A DNA stretch of 64,000 bases from Octopus vulgaris (lineage: Eukaryota), in the NCBI GenBank assembly GCA_951406725.2, contig OX597833.1, forward strand, positions 5,642,001 to 5,706,000. Direction: 5' to 3'. Position numbers and translations under genes: made by a program. Below the pieces are notes generated by a model. It did no database searches, was not told the origin of the DNA, and saw nothing but the letters and a program-made list of their open reading frames with translations. The stretch's first letter is position 1; every line of letters begins with the position of its first letter. Shown here piece after piece: positions 58,232 through 64,000 of the stretch.

Positions 58232-58263
58232 AAACTACTACTACTACTACTACTACTACTAAA

Positions 58264-58318
<55 letters not shown>

Positions 58319-58889
58319 ATAATAATAATAATAATAATAATGCAAAGGCAAAATGCTTCGTTTAAGACAAGCGTCACAATCATCAGCATCATCATTATCA
58401 TCTTCCTGCTCTTGGTTATGATCATCATCATCATTGTCATCACAACGGCCAACGGCAGCAGCAGCAGCAGCAGCAGTACTAGCGCCGCCACCACCACCAT
58501 CGCCCTCACCAATAACTACAGCAGGAACACTAACACCACCAACAGCAGCGGCAGCGGCAGCCCCGTCCCCACTGCCAGCACCCTCATCACCAGCACCGTC
58601 TCGGACATTAGTAATAGTAGCAGTAATTATCTTAACGAGAGTAACAACAACAACAACAACAACAAGAACAAGCACATCGATAGTGACTCCAACAATAACA
58701 ACAATGTCGACAACAACAAAAGCAATGATTATGGAATTAGCTACGGCAAGAAGGGAAGTTTTTGGCAAACCCTAAAGAAGCTGATGTCCGTATTTCCTTA
58801 GTTCTTCATGAAAAAAAAATCTTGAAATACAACAATACTGAGAACAACATAACAAAAACCCTCTCCGACCAAACCTCGCCTGTGAACAT

Positions 58890-59415
58890 ACCCCTCATCG
58901 GCCAAACCTCTGAGGGGTGCAACCACGCTGAGACCATTATAAACTAGCATTTCGCCCTCACATGCTGGGCTTGGGGTACAGCAATTTTTAGAGCACATTA
59001 GAAAGATTTAATCTTCAAATACCAAATGTTGCTGGGCAGCTACTCTGAGGAAACCTAAACAAATATTTCGCCTTCAAATGACGAACCTCGGAGTACGCTA
59101 ATTTTCAGGTTATCATACGAAACATATAATCCTTAACTAACGAATATTGGGGTATAACTACACTGAGACGAACAATAAACCTTGCATTCTCAAATGACGA
59201 ATTTTAGGTTAAAACCACTTTGAAGGTTGCAGAAGAAACGTTTAACCCTCAAATGCAGTCATTTTGAGGTCATTGTAAACCAGAATCTCGCCCTCAAATG
59301 CTGAATGATGGGCTACAGCTATCTTGAGACCACAGAATGATTTAATCCTGAAAGGCCGATCGTAGAGCTACAATCACTCTGAGGTAAGCAAAAACTTTAA
59401 TTTAACCTCTAAAGT
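58890..59415. repeat. Ancient degenerate tandem repeat of about 58 bp
   Basis: TTT(CG/AA)CCCTCAAATG-like anchor at about 58950, 59007, 59066, 59124, 59181, 59241, 59286, 59341 and 59401. Confidence 0.7.
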
Positions 59416-59472
59416 TTGGACGTTGAAATACTTATTTCTAACAATGAATTCTAGTTTTAATATTAGTCTAGT

Positions 59473-59658
59473 GGTGAACTGGCAAAATGCTCAGCCGATT
59501 TCATTCGTCTTCACGTTCTGAGTTCAAATTCTGCCGAGGTCAACTTTGCCTTTCGTCCTTTCGGAGTCGATAAAATAAGTACCAGCTATGCACTGGGGTC
59601 GATGTAATTGACTCACCCCCTCCCTCGAAACTGCTGGCCTAGTGCTAAATTCCAAACT
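59473..59658 (+). mobile_element. Older SINE A, alternative tail, with TSD
   Basis: Flanked by TAATATTAGTCTA on both sides. Confidence 0.8.
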
Positions 59659-59681
59659 AATATTAGTCTAACTCTTCTATG

Positions 59682-59955
59682 GCATATTCTGTTGTGTCTG
59701 GGGAGAGTCATTTTCTTTTTGTACCTTATAATATAACACACTCACCGGTAAAATTTCCACTTTTTCTTATTTTTATTTTCCTAAAATTTTTCGTTGCCTC
59801 TTGCAATCTTTTCAAGGGTCAAGACTCTTGAAAAGGTTGCAAGACGCAACGTAAATTTTAGGAAAATAAGGAATAAGTGGAAATTTTACCGGTGAGTGTG
59901 TTATATTATAAGGCACAAAAAGAAAATGACTCTCCCCAGACACAAGAGAATATGC
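59682..59955. mobile_element. HH-6: near-perfect hairpin element of about 274 bp
   Basis: Inverted arms of about 135 bp around GTCAAGAC; half copy at 108-260. Confidence 0.88.
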
Positions 59956-59959
59956 TTCA

Positions 59960-60390
59960 ACACACGAACTCATATAAAGAATCTCGCAAACCAAATCCAA
60001 AAACTTCTATGGAATTCTTTCCTAATTTTCTTTTTCGCTTGTGTTCAGCGAGTATTTTAGCTGTCTCGTCTATTCCTGGTATTAGGATGGTTGGTTATGA
60101 TCTTTCATTTCCGAATCCACGTCTAATCTAATAACCTCAACACCGGTTAATTTGCCTCTTTTTAATGCCGTCCAGGTGCTTTTATTTATCCTCATATTCA
60201 TTCTTATGACTTTCCTGAATTTATGAAAAAATTTTAGGAAGTTTTCTGGTTAATGTCTGCGAAGATCTGTAAGTCGTTCACATACAGAAGAAGGTTTATA
60301 TTCTGTATATAACACCTGTAATCTATGGTGGCGTCATTCAGTATATTTGTTACCTGGGTCAGAGCAGCGGAGTAAAGTAAGAGGAAGAGC
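59960..60390 (-). mobile_element. Decayed R4/Dong-like reverse transcriptase fragment
   Basis: LLLYSAALTQVTNILN...INLLLYVNDLQIFA resembles SPLLF..AL.PL..ILN...INHLLYMDDLK.FA, followed by LKRGKL...GIDE...KIRKEFHR in shifted frames. Confidence 0.65.
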
Positions 60391-60654
60391 GTGTGTGTGT
60401 GTCTTTGCGTCTGTGTTTGTCCTCGCCCCCCACCACCACTTGACAAACGGTGTTGGTGTGTTTACGTCTCCGTAACTTAGCGGTTCGGCAGAAAAGAACC
60501 AATAGAATAAGTAACAGGCTTCAAAATAAAAAAAAATACAGGGGCCGATTCGTTCGACTAAGATTCTTCAAGGTGGTGCCCCAGCATGGCCGCAGTCCAA
60601 TAACTTGAACAAGTGAAAAGTTATCCATCCATCCATCTATCCATCCATCCATCC

Positions 60655-60716
<62 letters not shown>

Positions 60717-60793
60717 ATTTTTTGCGTTATACAATAAAAAACCAAGGCTGTGTAGATAGAGCATTTATAGACAGATGTATGTATATATATATG

Positions 60794-60838
<45 letters not shown>

Positions 60839-60859
60839 GTATGTATATATATATGTATG

Positions 60860-60896
<37 letters not shown>

Positions 60897-60967
60897 GTAT
60901 ATATATATATATATACATACATACATACATACATACATACATACATACATACATACATACATAGGTG

Positions 60968-60999
<32 letters not shown>

Positions 61000-61519
61000 T
61001 ATATATATACACATACATACATATATATATATATATACATACCATATCATTCATATATATATATATATATATACATACTATATCATATATATATATTTAT
61101 ACACATACATACATATTAAAATATATTACACACACGCACACACATATACACACATATACACACACACACACGATGACTGCCTCACCTGCCGTCTTCTATT
61201 CACCCTCTTAATGTTAGTGGGATCTCTATACGTCACTGGATATAAGGTGACAAATCCGTGTGCGACACTTTGGCCCCGCTTTCGGTCGTCATAGTAGGGT
61301 CCAACGACAAGCATTGCAAAATGACAGAAATTATTTTGACTGCACGTTTTATACCAGAGTAACTTTCTCCAAGAAGAACTTGCCTTCTCCCCAAAATAAT
61401 AGGAACGTCCTCACCCCCTTGGGAAATCTACTTAACCAACTGGTGGGACCCTAACAACTACTACCGTTCTGGGTCAGAACGAATGTGGAATTACTAGTAA
61501 TAAAGGGGCGACTCCACGC

Positions 61520-61935
61520 ATCCCTCGACTCCAGAACACCACAACTGAATGTATGCAAGACTTTTTGAGTGAAGAGATTTCCCGGTGTTTGTAAATATAC
61601 GGTTGAGTTGGCACACACACCAGGGTGTGCATCAATGCACCTAAAGAATCTGAGAGGGAGTATCTTTGGAATGTCTTACAGACATTCACTATGCCACTTA
61701 TAAATTGAGTTTGAAGAATCTGCGAGAGTTTCTTTTGTTCTTTCTTTGAAAAACCTAGTCTTTTTAGGTTTTTGTGTAAATTTATAGTTACATAGCTTAA
61801 TACGCCTGTGATGATGGGTACAAACGAGAATTTAGGGTCAGAGTAGAAGGGTTGTAAGGGCTGCATGAATTCACCATAAATGTTTTCAATTTCCTGGACT
61901 TTTGATTGGACATTCACATTAGCAGGGCTCTACAA
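61520..61935 (-). mobile_element. RLE-type non-LTR retrotransposon 3' end (endonuclease C-terminus plus UTR)
   Basis: PANVNVQSKVQEIENIYGE...FSFVPIITGVLSYV...LKRLGFS...LQTQFISGIVNVCKTF fits the RLE C-terminal pattern. Confidence 0.75.
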
Positions 61936-62558
61936 CGGTGCGTGACTTTTGGTCCATGTGCGTATGTATGTATATATGTATGTATGTATGTATGTACTTA
62001 TGTATGTATGTATGTGCTTATGTATGTATGTACGTATGTATGTATATGTATGTAAGCATGTATGTATGTGTGTATGTATGCATGCATGTATTCATGTATG
62101 TATGTATGTATGTATGTATGTGTATATATATATGTGTGTGTGTGTGTGCATGTATGTATGTCTATGTGTGTATATGTACGTAAGCATGTATGTATGGATG
62201 TATGTATGCATATCTGTATGTATGTATACACACACATACGCACACATACGCACACATACGCACACATACGCACACATACGCACACATGTACAGTGAGTGA
62301 GAGGGAAGAAATAGAAAGACAAAGAGAGAATGAGAGAGAATGAGAGAGAAAGAGAGAGAGATTTCATTATTAATTAAAATATGTACATTTGATGAATTTG
62401 TATTTTATATCTAATTTATTAGATTAATCAGATACAGAAGACACAATTCAAAGAAAGGAAGAAAAGAAAGAAAGAAAGAAAGAAGCAGAAAGAAGCCAAA
62501 GAATTTTTAAAAAAGAACAATTTTGCTTTTTATTAATATTTGTATAAAAACCTGAAGA

Positions 62559-63632
62559 ATGGCTAACGACACCGACGCTTTATTGGACTTTTACAGGAAG
62601 ACCCGCAATTTTATGTGGGTTTATGTTGCTATCCCTTTGATTTGCTTCGGAATCATAGGAAATATTCTTTCCATCATCATCCTACTGCGACCACGCATGC
62701 GTGCTATGCAGGTGTTTGTCTACCTCATCACTTTAGTATCCAATGATTTGGTTGTTCTTGTCTCAGACGCCATTCCTAAAGTGGTGTTCATAATGACCGG
62801 CATTATCCACAACTCGGAACATATATTCCTCTGTAAGTTCTTCTCGTATCTCTCCCAGACATCCGTGCTTTATGCTTCTTGGTTGACCGTTCTGATAACA
62901 TCGGAGAGAATGGTCTGCGTTAGTTTCCCAATATGGAGTAGCATCAATTTGAAAATCAAACTAAAAATTATCGCCATGGTAACCACGTTCTTATTCATTT
63001 CCTGCTTGACAGCATCAAACCTGTATTATCGAACATTAATTCCAAGACCTTTCAGTAACGCCAAAATCTGTGTCACTACCGGACCAGAAGACTATGCAGT
63101 TTTCTACGAATTAATCTACGGCGTTTTCTTCAGTTTTTTACCGGCTGTTTTATTAGTGATTTTCAGTTCTGTAATAATTTTAAAACTGAGGAACCGTTTT
63201 TTAGTCAAAGATTCCCAGCAGAAGAAAGCTAACCAAAGTCAAGCTTCGAACGATGCTATTCGAATACTCTTCTTAATCAATTTGGTATATTTCCTGATAG
63301 TACTTCCTTACGGCATCATGGTTTTCGTCGTGAGATTTAACCCGGGCAACAGAGTTATGATGATTGCTCTAAGCGTCACAGACGTGTTGTATTATATTTC
63401 AAATAGCATCAATTTTGTTTTATATTCTGCCAGTGGACCGACATTTCGCAAAGAGCTCCGTTCTTTTTGTCGTGGGGAGGAATCTTTAACAACAGAACGG
63501 ACGCAGAGTAACCGCTTTTCCTCGGTTAATGAAACTACATTTAGTAAACGGAAGCGGAAGGACAGTATCTCAATAGTATCGTTGACTTCCGTCAGAGAAT
63601 TCGATCAAATTTCCGTCAGACGGAACACATAA
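62559..63632 (+). CDS. Intronless rhodopsin-like (class A) GPCR, 357 aa, FMRFamide/peptide-receptor-like
   Basis: Seven hydrophobic segments; TM1 GIIGN, TM2 L...D, TM3 Cys (LCKF) and SERM (DRY position), ECL2 Cys, TM5 FLP, TM6 LP, TM7 NSINFVLY, helix 8 FRKEL; N-glycosylation site NDT; Ser/Thr-rich tail. In-frame TGA just upstream and good Kozak context (AGAATGG). Confidence 0.95.
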   Translation: MANDTDALLDFYRKTRNFMWVYVAIPLICFGIIGNILSIIILLRPRMRAMQVFVYLITLVSNDLVVLVSDAIPKVVFIMTGIIHNSEHIFLCKFFSYLSQTSVLYASWLTVLITSERMVCVSFPIWSSINLKIKLKIIAMVTTFLFISCLTASNLYYRTLIPRPFSNAKICVTTGPEDYAVFYELIYGVFFSFLPAVLLVIFSSVIILKLRNRFLVKDSQQKKANQSQASNDAIRILFLINLVYFLIVLPYGIMVFVVRFNPGNRVMMIALSVTDVLYYISNSINFVLYSASGPTFRKELRSFCRGEESLTTERTQSNRFSSVNETTFSKRKRKDSISIVSLTSVREFDQISVRRNT

Positions 63633-63894
63633 ACTACCATCTGATATAACACCGCAACCTGGCGTCTTGGATACTTTTAACAGAGTTTTCTATTATTCAT
63701 TCGAGTAAGGTCACTGGTTTCACTATATATTTCTCCCTCTCTGCTACCAGCCACAGGGTCCCTTTAAAGGTTTAGGAGTACTGCCTTCCCTCACGACTAA
63801 AAGAGAAAAAAATATATTTTCAATGAATTGCGTTTCATAAAACTTAAAGTTCTTATTGTATCCAATTATTTATTGCCTAATTATTTGTATAATT

Positions 63895-63928
63895 AATAAA
63901 AATAAAACATGCTGATTAATGAAATAAA
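63895..63928 (+). promoter_or_regulatory. Candidate polyadenylation signals of the GPCR gene
   Basis: AATAAA at 63895, 63901 and 63923, followed by a T-rich tract at about 63945-63970. Confidence 0.5.
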
Positions 63929-64000
63929 TGAATGTAAATTAAATTTCGTTCTTCTTTTTGCGATTATTTGGTAGAATTCTATCATGTAGATGTAAGTGTG

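Noticed and set aside
58124-58801. 225-aa ORF with Ser/Thr/Asn-rich tail
   Set aside because: It is a chain of degenerate triplet repeats that is open in several frames on both strands.

Overview
Eukaryotic, AT-rich, microsatellite-saturated DNA. The SINE families and repeat make-up suggest an octopus or other coleoid cephalopod genome (inference). Nearly all ORF-track entries are translations of (TA)n, (CA)n, (TATG)n, (GATA)n or (TAA)n arrays. The only convincing intact gene is an intronless class A GPCR at 62559-63632. The rest is a mosaic of four tRNA-derived SINE families, two non-autonomous Helitrons, mariner MITEs, a Tc1 transposase pseudogene, and decayed R4/Dong-like, other RLE-type, RTE and Penelope-like retroelement fragments. 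The main hidden signal is at least six different short elements, mostly embedded in TA microsatellites, that carry type I hammerhead ribozyme (HHR) folds. These include canonical cores (675, 8163), a U3-A8 covariant core (41950 and its inverted copy; consensus of the 59682-59955 hairpin family) and minimal U4C or A6U variants (24297, 24487, 7641, 45888, 31004). They occur as partial tandems or head-to-head fold-backs typical of Penelope-like pseudo-LTRs and retrozymes, and one pair lies just downstream of a decayed Penelope-like ORF. One SINE family also forms head-to-tail 184-bp multimers with the same junction at several loci. All folds and translations were done by eye; SINE names A-D and HH-1 to HH-6 are my own labels.
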